64,000 nt of DNA from an uncultured Clostridia bacterium (lineage in GTDB: Bacteria > Bacillota > Clostridia > Oscillospirales > CAG-272): NCBI GenBank assembly GCA_944381085.1, contig CALWJX010000007.1, positions 2,754-66,753 on the forward strand, in the 5' to 3' direction. The number at the start of each line of letters is the position of its first letter. Within the stretch, counting starts at the first letter, position 1. Under the pieces are notes generated by a model. That model ran no database searches and had not been told where the DNA came from. It saw nothing but the letters and a program-made list of their open reading frames with translations. Both the position numbers and the translations under genes were made by a program. Below are positions 28,860 through 38,546 of this stretch, one piece after another.

Positions 28860-30638
28860 ATGAAAAAACAATTCAGCAACAGTATTCAAATGTTGGGGTA
28901 CATATATGAAGCGTCAAAATTCAGGATTTTTTTTGCGGTTATCAACGCAATACTGCAATCTGTAAATCCGGTATTAATCATTATAATAATTCAACAATCC
29001 ATAACAATGCTCATGTCCGGGGATGAAAACTCTTTATACAGTCTTGGATTCTTTCTGCTAATCTGTGTCGCGATTAACGCCGTAATAATTATATATGGCG
29101 GATGGTACCGGCTTATATATGGCGTTCACAGCGATTTCAAAATAAAAAAATCTATTCAGCAAAAAGTTTATCTGAAAATACAAAGCATAGATATTTCGGC
29201 GTTCGACGACCCACAATTTTACTCTGTTTATACAAGAGCCGTAAACGAAACAAGCTCAAGAGCAATAAACGTACTCTCAACATTTACAAATCTTTTGAGA
29301 AGCATCCTGACATTTATCGGAGTTATCTACATCCTCATATCGCTGGATGCGGTAATCATCGCATTTGTCGTTATTTCCATTGTTCTGTCAATACTGTTGA
29401 ACGGATTTCAAAACAAGATATCATATAAATATGACAGAGAGCAGACCAAAAATATAAGAGAACAGGAATATGTCGGACGTCTGTTTTACCTGTCCCAGTA
29501 TGCGAAAGATATCAAGTTTTTTAATCTCTACGGATATTTTACCGACAAATTCCGCCATTCAATCGACAATCAGGATACCGTAAGAAAAAAGTATGACAAA
29601 AAACTTACTTTGGTAGATATTCTTCAAAATGCCGTTCAGGTATTAACGGTTCTGGCAACCATTTTCTATTTGGGATGGAAATTTGTAATAGGCTCCATTG
29701 TCATTGCCGACTTTGCGACATTGCTGAATGCCTCTCAGGAACTGGGAGGTACGATTCAGCAGATATTCATGTTCCTGCCGCAGACGGCAAATAACAGCAT
29801 GTACATCGACGACCTTAACGAGTTTCTGAATTATAAATCCACGATTGAGAAGGACGGGGGAATTACACCTTTGCCCGGAAGACATGTAATCGAAGCAAAG
29901 AGACTTCAATTCAGATACTCGTCCACCTCACCGCTTGTTCTTGACAAAATAGATTTATGTATCAATCCCGGTGAAAAAATCGCGATTGTCGGACGTAATG
30001 GCTCCGGCAAAACAACTCTGATTAAAATTCTGTTAAGATTATATGATCCGACATCCGGAATTGTCGAAATGGACGGAAAAGACTACAGAGAGTATGACGT
30101 TCGTTCTCTGCGCAGAAGAATAGGCGTAGTATTTCAGGACTTTTCATGTTACGCGTCATCAGTAGCAGACAATGTACTTCTGCGTTCCGTAAAATCCGAA
30201 AAGGATGAGCAAACGGTTGTCAACTCCCTGAAGCTATGTGGCTTATATGAAAAAGTATCCGCTCTGAAAAACGGCATTTATACCGTTCTTACCAAGGAAT
30301 TCGATGAAGACGGAGTGATTTTTTCGGGCGGCGAAATGCAAAAATTGGCTATTGCCCGCATGTTTGCAAACGATTACGACATTATTATAATGGATGAACC
30401 GTCGAGCGCGCTCGACCCTATAGCCGAGTATGAGCTGAACTCCAAAATAATCGAAGCCGCCGCTAACAAAACACTTATTATTGTATCTCACCGACTTTCC
30501 ACTACTAAGGACGCAGATAAAATAATATACATGGAAAACGGCAGAATTGAGGAAATGGGTACTCATAAATCACTGATTGAACTTAACGGTAAATATGCCG
30601 AATTGTTTAATATTCAGGCAAGCAAATATTACGGCTGA
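28860..30638 (+). CDS. ABC exporter, fused permease/ATP-binding subunit
   Basis: TM domain + GRNGSGKT, FSGGEMQK, IMDEPSSALD, SHRL. Confidence 0.95.
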   Translation: MKKQFSNSIQMLGYIYEASKFRIFFAVINAILQSVNPVLIIIIIQQSITMLMSGDENSLYSLGFFLLICVAINAVIIIYGGWYRLIYGVHSDFKIKKSIQQKVYLKIQSIDISAFDDPQFYSVYTRAVNETSSRAINVLSTFTNLLRSILTFIGVIYILISLDAVIIAFVVISIVLSILLNGFQNKISYKYDREQTKNIREQEYVGRLFYLSQYAKDIKFFNLYGYFTDKFRHSIDNQDTVRKKYDKKLTLVDILQNAVQVLTVLATIFYLGWKFVIGSIVIADFATLLNASQELGGTIQQIFMFLPQTANNSMYIDDLNEFLNYKSTIEKDGGITPLPGRHVIEAKRLQFRYSSTSPLVLDKIDLCINPGEKIAIVGRNGSGKTTLIKILLRLYDPTSGIVEMDGKDYREYDVRSLRRRIGVVFQDFSCYASSVADNVLLRSVKSEKDEQTVVNSLKLCGLYEKVSALKNGIYTVLTKEFDEDGVIFSGGEMQKLAIARMFANDYDIIIMDEPSSALDPIAEYELNSKIIEAAANKTLIIVSHRLSTTKDADKIIYMENGRIEEMGTHKSLIELNGKYAELFNIQASKYYG

Positions 30639-30977
30639 TTCAATAAGGGTATATATCCCGTCATTCAATTTTTTCAACGGAAGATTGTAGCCAGCTCCCC
30701 GCCGAAAAAATCAAGCAGCAGGACATCTTAATACAGCAATATTTAAATAATAATATTTTATGCCAAAGCGCCGCTTAATTTCAAACAGCGGCGCTGTATT
30801 TATGTTCCCTTCCCAAAGCGGATTAATTTCGCAAATACTTAGAGACAATAAAGCACATCGCTGAATATAATGTCTATGAGGGCTTCCTCATACGGAGCTC
30901 TCATTTAAGAGAATAGCGAAATGGCATTAGTGTGCCGTTCATTGTATAATTCTGACACGTTACAGGGAGATAAGGAT

Positions 30978-31307
30978 ATGAATGATAAATATGAATTGAC
31001 AGACCAATGCGCGGACCAGGTAGGTTGTCCCGTGGTAGGATATCAGGATGTTAATGTATGCGTTCCGATTACCATAAAGGTATTCGGAGAAGTAGGCAAC
31101 GCCGAAACACAGTGTCTTGGAAAAAGTGTTGTCTCTTCGGGATGTGAAGTCTGCTCGGGAAAACCCGGAGACGTATGCAAATTCACAATCAGTCAGAAAC
31201 TTCGCGTTGAAGTGCCGGTTATATTCGGAGCCAGAGCCGAAGCCGGAGAAGCTTTTGTGGATTGCGAATGTGGCGGAAACGCAAACGGCTGTGATTCGCT
31301 CAACTGA
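30978..31307 (+). CDS. Cys-rich small protein, possibly spore coat/exosporium associated
   Basis: 109 aa, 10 Cys; VCVPITI...CKFTISQKLRVEVPVIFGA pattern; SigK-like promoter upstream. Confidence 0.6.
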   Translation: MNDKYELTDQCADQVGCPVVGYQDVNVCVPITIKVFGEVGNAETQCLGKSVVSSGCEVCSGKPGDVCKFTISQKLRVEVPVIFGARAEAGEAFVDCECGGNANGCDSLN

Positions 31308-31318
31308 ATAAAAACCAA

Positions 31319-31361
31319 AGATACCATTGAAATCCTGGTTTTTGGATCTCAATGGTATCTC
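31319..31361. terminator. Hairpin terminator between convergent genes
   Basis: AGATACCATTGA...TCAATGGTATCT inverted repeat. Confidence 0.75.
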
Positions 31362-31439
31362 TTGTTTGAAAAAATTTAAGTTATTTTAAAATTTTTTTCA
31401 CTTTATATCGTCATCTGGATTTTCTTTAAAGAATACTCA

Positions 31440-31797
31440 TCAGTATTCAAATTCAAATCCGGCTTTGTCGCTCACAAATTCACACAATTTCTCATTCTTA
31501 AATGAAAAACTATAACTTGCTTTACAGGACGCGCTTTCATGAATTGTACGACACATATCTCCGTTTGTCGGAGCCAGAAGAGGATGCGCGTTTTTTTCAG
31601 TCAACTCGGCTGTAAGCTCATAATCTCCCTGCCCGACCGTCACCGAATTTTTCCCTATTTCTTTTACCTTTGCCCCGAGATAAGTGGCTATACGGTATTC
31701 CCTGCCGTTCAGCAAAACCACTCCGATAATACCGGTGAAATGAAACCCAAGCATGGGAATATCCGCGACCGAAAGCATCAAGGAGTTATTTTCAAAG
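31440..31797 (-). pseudogene. C-terminal fragment of a tocopherol-cyclase-family protein
   Basis: SLMLSVADIP..GFHFTG...EYRIATYLGA...LLAP..GDM.RTIHES...AGFE; no N-terminal half or convincing start. Confidence 0.7.
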
Positions 31798-31831
31798 CGC
31801 AACCGTAATCGGTCATATGAAAAAGCATCAA

Positions 31832-33346
31832 TTACATTTTTATAATCACATGACCATTTTCTATATACAATAAAAGACATTTATCCTTGTCCGACATTTT
31901 CTCAAGCTCTCTCAGATGCGTCACCAAAACACAACGAATATTACAATCCGAAAAATATTCAAGTATATTATACAGACCCTGCGCGCCTTCTTCGTATGCC
32001 GTGCTCTGAAAAGTTTCATTCAGAAGCAGAAACGCCCCATCGCTCAGTTCATCCGCCAAAGCCGCAAGCTCACGTGTCTCCTGCTCAAAACGCCCTGCCT
32101 CGTTGCCACCGCAAAATTCTTTTTCCGCTTCGGAAAACTGTGACGCTATCTGAGAATATAAGCATATTTTCGCGCATTCGCACGGAACAGGAAGCCCAGC
32201 CTGCCCCAAAATCTGCATTGTGCCCACAGAGCGCAAAAATGAAGTTTTTCCGCTTCCGTTATCGCCATACACTATAACCGAGTTATAGCTGTCCGACAAA
32301 CAGAAATCGTTCGGAATAATTTTTCCGGGGTTATCGGTTGACATCAGAAGATACAGGTCATAAAGTGATTTAACCTTAACATTCCTGTCGGCTGTTATCT
32401 CCGGGAAACAATACGGAATATTTTTTTGAACAAGCGCTTCAATATATTTCAACGCAACAAAATAAAACTCAAGCTCACGGTATACAGCGGAAAATTTATC
32501 AAAAATCTGCTCCGACAAAGAGGCGAACAAACCTGAAATATCAGAAAGAGCCGTAATCAAAAGACCTTCGTAAAAATCATTTTTACCGGGAAAAACACGT
32601 TCACAGCGATAATTAACCTCACTTTTTTTGAAAAACGGAAGTCCTTTTTTCTTAAGCTCTGGATCGGATACATAAATGTATCCGTGATCTATCAAAGCGT
32701 ACTCTTCAATATGACCGTGTTCATTCAGACTGAATTTAAAGTCAAGAAAATCGTTGACGCTGAACTGTTCATACCTTCCGCAAAATCCAAGCAGATTCTG
32801 AAACTCCGGATTTTCACAGATCTCACGGCAAGCGGAGCTGAAGTTAATAAGTCCGGCAGAGCGGAGATTGCAGACAGATAACAGCTCCCCGAATTTCTTT
32901 ACAAAAAGCAGCGCTCTTTTCAGACAGACGGCCTGTGCCTGCAGAATATTTTTTGACGCAAACGCCGTATCGGCTTTGTTTGCGTTCAGGAGGTACTCGT
33001 TTTTCCTCAATGCTTTCTGAGACAAACGCAATTCCTCAAAACGCTCATACAGAGCCGCCAGCCGTTCAAACGATCCCGGATTTTTCTGAAAATCCCGAAT
33101 AATATCCTGTCGGTATTCAATCTCATTTTTATCACAAGTCAGCTCGGAAATTACCGAAAGAAAGCTCTCGCGCTTTTTTACATCAGCGCATACATACGAA
33201 AACGAACGATCAACAGACAGATGATACAGAACTTTTCTGTCAATTGAATTTACATTCCCGCCCATATCAATATAATTCCCGTCAGGCGCGTCTTTATTAG
33301 TTAACTTTGTGCCGGTCACTTTTAAACTGAGCAGACTTATTTTCAC
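31832..33346 (-). CDS. MutS-related ATPase (MutS domain V-type, no mismatch-binding N-terminus), subunit B
   Basis: IIPND, GDNGSGKT, GQAGLPVP, GRFEQE, LLNETFQST..EEG, VTHL; GTG start with AGGAGG. Confidence 0.88.
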   Translation of the reverse strand: MKISLLSLKVTGTKLTNKDAPDGNYIDMGGNVNSIDRKVLYHLSVDRSFSYVCADVKKRESFLSVISELTCDKNEIEYRQDIIRDFQKNPGSFERLAALYERFEELRLSQKALRKNEYLLNANKADTAFASKNILQAQAVCLKRALLFVKKFGELLSVCNLRSAGLINFSSACREICENPEFQNLLGFCGRYEQFSVNDFLDFKFSLNEHGHIEEYALIDHGYIYVSDPELKKKGLPFFKKSEVNYRCERVFPGKNDFYEGLLITALSDISGLFASLSEQIFDKFSAVYRELEFYFVALKYIEALVQKNIPYCFPEITADRNVKVKSLYDLYLLMSTDNPGKIIPNDFCLSDSYNSVIVYGDNGSGKTSFLRSVGTMQILGQAGLPVPCECAKICLYSQIASQFSEAEKEFCGGNEAGRFEQETRELAALADELSDGAFLLLNETFQSTAYEEGAQGLYNILEYFSDCNIRCVLVTHLRELEKMSDKDKCLLLYIENGHVIIKM

Positions 33347-34787
33347 GGTTCTTCCTCCTTTCAGTGAGAGAATCCTTATCAAGTCGGTATTTTCTCAGAA
33401 TATCGTATGCATATGAAGCTACAGCACTTTTCGACCTTACAATTTTGAAAGTCCTTCGGTTTCCGTCCTCCGGACAAACTTCGGAAATCAAAACCGGAAA
33501 ATCCAGATTAATGACTTCATGAAAATGCGTGACATACAGACAAAAATGCCCCGCCGCCCTGATATTTTCCGAAATATTTTTGACAAGCTCAAAACCTCTG
33601 CGCTCATCGGTCCCGCTGAAAGTTTCGTTGAAAAGCAAAAATGCCGTTTTGTTTTCCGAAGCGGAAAGCATTCCAAACGAACGCCGCAGTTCCTCGTCAA
33701 GTCTTCCCACGCCGTCAAACCGTTCATCCTTCGGAAAATGTGAAGCCGCAAAATCAAACCTATATATGCTCGCCCGTTTCGCAAAAACGGGACATCCGGC
33801 AAGAAACAAAACAAGATTTATGCCGACCGCGCGCAGATATGTGGTCTTTCCTCCGCCGTTTGCCCCGGTCAGGAAGAAAAAACGATTTGTTTCGGTGAAA
33901 TCAACGTCATTAGGTATAATCCGCTCACATTCTTTCGCCATAAGCGAAATATCGTATACATCCGCAGCAAAATATCCCGGAACCGGCGATATCTCGGCTA
34001 TGCAGTGAGGCACGCCGATTTTTTCCGCCTTCCGTGTAAGCTCATAAATTTCCAAAATAAATCTTATCTGCGGAATATACCCTGTCGGCTCATTAAAATC
34101 AACCGAGGCATATTTCCGAAATATACTCCCGATTTCCCCGATCTCGGCAAAATACAGCCGGCATACGGCGTCCGAAAAAGTAATATCGGGCTTTGTGTCC
34201 GATTTTTTTCTGACCGGAACGGTAAAGCCAAGCTTTTGCGCGACGGACGCGATTTTATCAGACTCTATTACAGCCCCGCGATCGGGAGTAATCCAGTTCT
34301 TAGAAGAGAATGACAAAAGTCCCGAATTTATCTTGCCCAACAGTTCACTTATCCTGCCCAAGTCGGTTTTTATTTCGGAAAAAAATCGCCGCCGCTCGTC
34401 CGATAAAAAATATTCCGATACCTCGGACAACGACTGTCCGCAATCTTCAAAAGCAGACAGAGATTCACACACATTTACATAATCCGATAATACATCCGAA
34501 TAAAGGTAATAACTGTTGAGCGGAACTTTTTCACTGTGCCACAGCATTAACGACCGCTCCAGCTTCAACAAATTCGACAGACAAATTTTCAATCTGCCGA
34601 GCACTTTTTCGTCTTCAACCAAACCGAACAATTCCTGACGGCGCAAAATCTCATCCCCGCCGCACGGCTTTTGCAAAAAGCACAACGCCTGAGGACTCAA
34701 TATTCCGTCAAGCCGAATATCGGAAAGCAATTGAGGCGGCAGCACTGTCTCACCGCCGCAATACAACAATTGAGGAGCTGTTAACAT
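33297..34787 (-). CDS. MutS-related ATPase (MutS domain V-type), subunit A
   Basis: IIPND, TGANGGGKTTYLR, HFP.DE, GRLDEE, LFNETFSGT, VTHF. Confidence 0.88.
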   Translation of the reverse strand: MLTAPQLLYCGGETVLPPQLLSDIRLDGILSPQALCFLQKPCGGDEILRRQELFGLVEDEKVLGRLKICLSNLLKLERSLMLWHSEKVPLNSYYLYSDVLSDYVNVCESLSAFEDCGQSLSEVSEYFLSDERRRFFSEIKTDLGRISELLGKINSGLLSFSSKNWITPDRGAVIESDKIASVAQKLGFTVPVRKKSDTKPDITFSDAVCRLYFAEIGEIGSIFRKYASVDFNEPTGYIPQIRFILEIYELTRKAEKIGVPHCIAEISPVPGYFAADVYDISLMAKECERIIPNDVDFTETNRFFFLTGANGGGKTTYLRAVGINLVLFLAGCPVFAKRASIYRFDFAASHFPKDERFDGVGRLDEELRRSFGMLSASENKTAFLLFNETFSGTDERRGFELVKNISENIRAAGHFCLYVTHFHEVINLDFPVLISEVCPEDGNRRTFKIVRSKSAVASYAYDILRKYRLDKDSLTERRKNRENKSAQFKSDRHKVN

Positions 34788-34953
34788 ATCAATTCTCCAT
34801 ATCCGCAAATTTTTCAAACAACAAAATATGCGTGAAAATTACATCGTCAAATTATCAGACTTTAATAAATTATAACATGATTAAATACGGTTTTCAATAC
34901 AATATACAAAAGTTTCTTCAAAATTTCGCCCGATTTCGGGTTTTATCTGCATT

Positions 34954-35160
34954 TTATTTATACGGTTCCCTCTGATCCGTCAGCCCGAGCAGATAATCAG
35001 TAGAGGTATGATAATATTTTGCCAAGGCTATCAACACGTCTATAGGTAGCTGCCTTTGCCCGTTTTCATACTGTGAATACGTGTTTTGCCTGATGTGCAG
35101 ATACTCCGCGATTTCCCGCTGAGTAAGATCACTGTCTTCTCTTAAATCCCTTATTCTCAT
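34954..35160 (-). CDS. XRE-family HTH transcriptional regulator
   Basis: MRIRDLREDSDLTQREIAEYL...YSQYENG...STDYLLGLTD; GAGGTG SD. Confidence 0.93.
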   Translation of the reverse strand: MRIRDLREDSDLTQREIAEYLHIRQNTYSQYENGQRQLPIDVLIALAKYYHTSTDYLLGLTDQREPYK

Positions 35161-35372
35161 TGTAATCACCTCATGCCGCCATAGGCGGTTCAAATAGACA
35201 TATTTTTCGGTTTCATAAAAAGAAAAAATTCTTCATAGCCAAACAAAAATCCAAACATCCTTTAGCGTGAAAAGCGTTCGGCTTTTCAGAAAATATATAC
35301 TTGAGATAATATGCGCTTTGACGCGGTAAAGAAAACCTTCACGCTATCCTCCGATATATTATTAATATGTTA

Positions 35373-35427
35373 ATTATATAAAATCTCATTATGAGATATC
35401 GACAAATATCTCAATTTGTGATACAAT
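35373..35427. promoter_or_regulatory. Back-to-back promoters with two palindromic operators
   Basis: ATCTCATTATGAGAT (35383-35397) and ATCTCAATTTGTGAT (35408-35422); + strand TCGACA-17-TACAAT, - strand TCGATA-18-TATAAT. Confidence 0.65.
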
Positions 35428-35457
35428 AAGACAGTTATATTATTCGGAGGCAATCAA

Positions 35458-35967
35458 ATGCATATAAATTCCCCGGAAAAACAAAACAAAAAATATTTTT
35501 TGAGGCTGACTGAGGCGCAGATGATACTGACAATGATATTGATATTCTCCCTGCTGTTTCTGCCTGTCCTGAGCTGTACGGATACCGAAACAGACATGAC
35601 AATAAAATTTTATTTATGCGAAACCGCGAAAATCTCATTTACATATCCGACCTCGGCGCTTCTGTATCTTCTCTGCGGCTTTTTCACCTCAGCCCACGCG
35701 GGCATAACTTCAACAGGGCGCAAAAACAGAGTATTGCCGCGCATATTCTTCTCTGTCGGAACAGTGTTTTTTATCGCCGCGAGTCTGATTTTTATTATTT
35801 CAACGGAGCATATAAGCAAAAGCTCGTCCGAATGTACGGTAATTCAACCCGGAATCGGATTTTGGACAGCCTTTATTTCGGGCCTTATGTCGCAGACACT
35901 GTCATTTTGCAAAATAACCCTGACAGGTTGTCAGTATCTCAAAAAGCACGGAAAATATCAGAATTAA
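35458..35967 (+). CDS. Hypothetical membrane protein (about 4 TM)
   Basis: GGAGG SD; hydrophobic segments; PGIGFW. Confidence 0.7.
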   Translation: MHINSPEKQNKKYFLRLTEAQMILTMILIFSLLFLPVLSCTDTETDMTIKFYLCETAKISFTYPTSALLYLLCGFFTSAHAGITSTGRKNRVLPRIFFSVGTVFFIAASLIFIISTEHISKSSSECTVIQPGIGFWTAFISGLMSQTLSFCKITLTGCQYLKKHGKYQN

Positions 35968-36075
35968 GACCTATTCAAACAGACGAAATTAATAAAAATA
36001 TTTTTGAAATTTCTATTGCAATTTTGCACAATATCGGTTATAATAAAGTCAACAATGAATTGAGGAGGTTCAAAT

Positions 36076-37368
36076 ATGAAAACCGTTAAAATCGGCGTCA
36101 TGGGTGTGTACCGCGGCACCGCTATGATAAATTTCTGCAAAGCTTCAAAGAACGCCAAAGTTGTGGCCATCTGCGACAAAAGCGAGCAGGCAATGGCTGA
36201 ACAGAAAAAATATATAGACGACTCGGTCACCTGTTACTCCACTTTTGATGAATTTATAAAGCACGACATGGACGCGGTTGTCCTCGCCAACTATGCCAAC
36301 GAGCACGCCCCTTTCGCAATACGCTGCCTTGAGGCGGGTAAACACGTGTTCAGCGAGGTATTGCCCGTTCAGACAATGAAAGAAGCCGTCGAGCTTGTCG
36401 AGGCGGTAGAGCGCACGGGAAAAATATACGCTTACGGTGAGAACTACTGTTACATGCCGGGACCCTACCGCATGAAAAAGCTCTACAGAGAAGACAAAAT
36501 AGGCGAGTTTGAATACGGAGAGTGCGAATATGTGCACAACTGCGAGCCGATCTGGCACAGCATAACCTACGGCGAGCGCGACCATTGGCGCAACAACATG
36601 TACGCCACATTTTACTGCACGCACTCAATAGGTCCCATTATACATATGACAGGTCTGCGTCCGGTCTCCGTAGTCGGATTTGAGGGACCTCATATCGAGA
36701 GAAATATCCGCACGGGAGCCAAGGGCGGCGGCTTCGGGCTTGAAATGATTACTTTGAACAACGGAGGCATCATAAAAAGCATACACGGAGGTCTGTACGA
36801 AAACTCGGTATGGTACTCGGTATACGGCTCTAAGGGGCGGATGGAAACCGCGCGTGAATCGGCAAGAGCCGGAGACGTCGGAAGACTTTACATTGACTAT
36901 GACGAATATTCGGGTCAATACAGCGGGGCTTACTCCTCAATCGACCTTAACGCGGAACAGAACGACACCGTGGCGCATTTCGGACACGGCGGCTCCGACT
37001 TTTTCTCAATGTACAATTTCGTGGAAAAAATACTCGGCAATCCCGACGCCGACACAATAGACGTATATGAAGCGCTGGATATGTTCCTGCCCGGAATGTT
37101 CGCGTACCGCTCTGTGCTGAACGGAAACATTCCCATGGAAGTGCCTGACCTCAGAGACAAAAACATCCGCGACAAATGGAGAAATGACACCATGTGCACA
37201 GACGCAAAGGCGGCGGGAGATCAGCTCATACCGAGCTTTTCAAAGGGAAACCCCGATATTCCCGACGAAGTATACGACAAAATGAGGGAAAAATGGCTCA
37301 AAGAGCTTGCGGATGACAGCGGCTATGTCAAATCCGCCTTTACGCAAAGCTCCGTGGACAATTCGTAA
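36076..37368 (+). CDS. Gfo/Idh/MocA oxidoreductase, GH109-like NAD-dependent glycosidase candidate
   Basis: Rossmann N-terminus, HVFSEV, ENYCY, YCTHSIGP, GHGGSD. Confidence 0.85.
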   Translation: MKTVKIGVMGVYRGTAMINFCKASKNAKVVAICDKSEQAMAEQKKYIDDSVTCYSTFDEFIKHDMDAVVLANYANEHAPFAIRCLEAGKHVFSEVLPVQTMKEAVELVEAVERTGKIYAYGENYCYMPGPYRMKKLYREDKIGEFEYGECEYVHNCEPIWHSITYGERDHWRNNMYATFYCTHSIGPIIHMTGLRPVSVVGFEGPHIERNIRTGAKGGGFGLEMITLNNGGIIKSIHGGLYENSVWYSVYGSKGRMETARESARAGDVGRLYIDYDEYSGQYSGAYSSIDLNAEQNDTVAHFGHGGSDFFSMYNFVEKILGNPDADTIDVYEALDMFLPGMFAYRSVLNGNIPMEVPDLRDKNIRDKWRNDTMCTDAKAAGDQLIPSFSKGNPDIPDEVYDKMREKWLKELADDSGYVKSAFTQSSVDNS

Positions 37369-37460
37369 TATACCGCTGTACCGTTCGGACACAAAGAATA
37401 ATTTACATAAATTCTTTTTACAAAAAATATCGGCAAGTCGGTAAAACAGGAGAATTTTTT

Positions 37461-38546
37461 ATGGACAGAATAGTTAAGGTAGGTATCATCGGATGCGGAG
37501 GCATCGCAAACGGAAAGCACATGCCCTCGCTCAAAACAATTCCCAATGTGCGCATGGTGGCTTTCTGTGACATAATCATTGAAAAAGCCCAAAAGGCCGC
37601 AAAGGACTACGGAACACCCGACGCGAAGGTCTACACCGACTATAAGGAACTGCTGGCGGACCCCGAAATCGAAGTTGTTCACGTCCTGACTCCGAACCGT
37701 GAACACGCGGACATAAGCATCGACGCTCTGTATGCCGGAAAGCATGTCATGTGTGAAAAGCCTATGGCAAAATCCGCCGCGGACGCTCATCGTATGCTTG
37801 AAGCCGCGAAAAAAACCGGCAAAAAGCTCACGATCGGATATCAGCACAGACAAAAAGAACAGAGCAGATACGCAAAGCAATACATAGACAGCGGAGCTTT
37901 GGGAGAGATATACTACGCAAACTGCTACGCTATACGCCGCAGAGGCACGCCCAACTGGGGAGTATTCCTCAATGAGGAGGAACAGGGCGGCGGTCCTATC
38001 ATAGACATCGCTACCCACTCGCTTGACCTCACTCTCTATCTTATGAACAATTACGAGCCCGCCATGGTTATAGGCAAGACCCACAAGAAGCTTGAACATC
38101 CCGAAGCCGGAAACATCTGGGGCGATAACGGCGTCAGCACCACCCCGCTTGAAGAGGCTGCCTGCGCTATGATAGTCATGAAAAACGGCGCTACAATTAT
38201 GCTTGAAACCAGCTGGGCGCTCAATACCGACGAACCCATAGCCGAGGGAAGCTGCCGTCTCTGCGGAAGCAAAGCGGGACTTTCAATCAAAAACGACCGC
38301 CTTACCGTAAACAAAGTGGAATACGGCAAGCCCGTCGTTACCGATGTTGACGTCAGCGTAGGCGGAGTTGCTTTCTATTCCGGAGCTCAGGCGTCCCCCG
38401 CGGTAACCGAGGCGCATAACTGGATACGCTCCGTAATCGAGGACACCGACCCCGTGGTGCTTCCCGAACAGGCGTGTGTGGTTTCGGACATTCTCGAAGC
38501 CATTTACACCTCATCCAGGACCGGAAAGCCGGTGTATTTTGACTGA
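37461..38546 (+). CDS. Gfo/Idh/MocA oxidoreductase
   Basis: GIIGCGGIA, KHVMCEKPM, GGGPIIDIATH. Confidence 0.92.
   Translation: MDRIVKVGIIGCGGIANGKHMPSLKTIPNVRMVAFCDIIIEKAQKAAKDYGTPDAKVYTDYKELLADPEIEVVHVLTPNREHADISIDALYAGKHVMCEKPMAKSAADAHRMLEAAKKTGKKLTIGYQHRQKEQSRYAKQYIDSGALGEIYYANCYAIRRRGTPNWGVFLNEEEQGGGPIIDIATHSLDLTLYLMNNYEPAMVIGKTHKKLEHPEAGNIWGDNGVSTTPLEEAACAMIVMKNGATIMLETSWALNTDEPIAEGSCRLCGSKAGLSIKNDRLTVNKVEYGKPVVTDVDVSVGGVAFYSGAQASPAVTEAHNWIRSVIEDTDPVVLPEQACVVSDILEAIYTSSRTGKPVYFD

Noticed and set aside
28860-31307. RiPP/bacteriocin cluster (ABC exporter + Cys-rich peptide)
   Set aside because: No peptidase domain on the transporter, no modifying enzyme or leader motif, and a terminator-like hairpin separates the genes.
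22354-36000. Prophage or integrative element at tRNA-Arg/tRNA-Gln
   Set aside because: No integrase, relaxase or phage genes, and no duplicated tRNA 3-prime end (att) found by eye.
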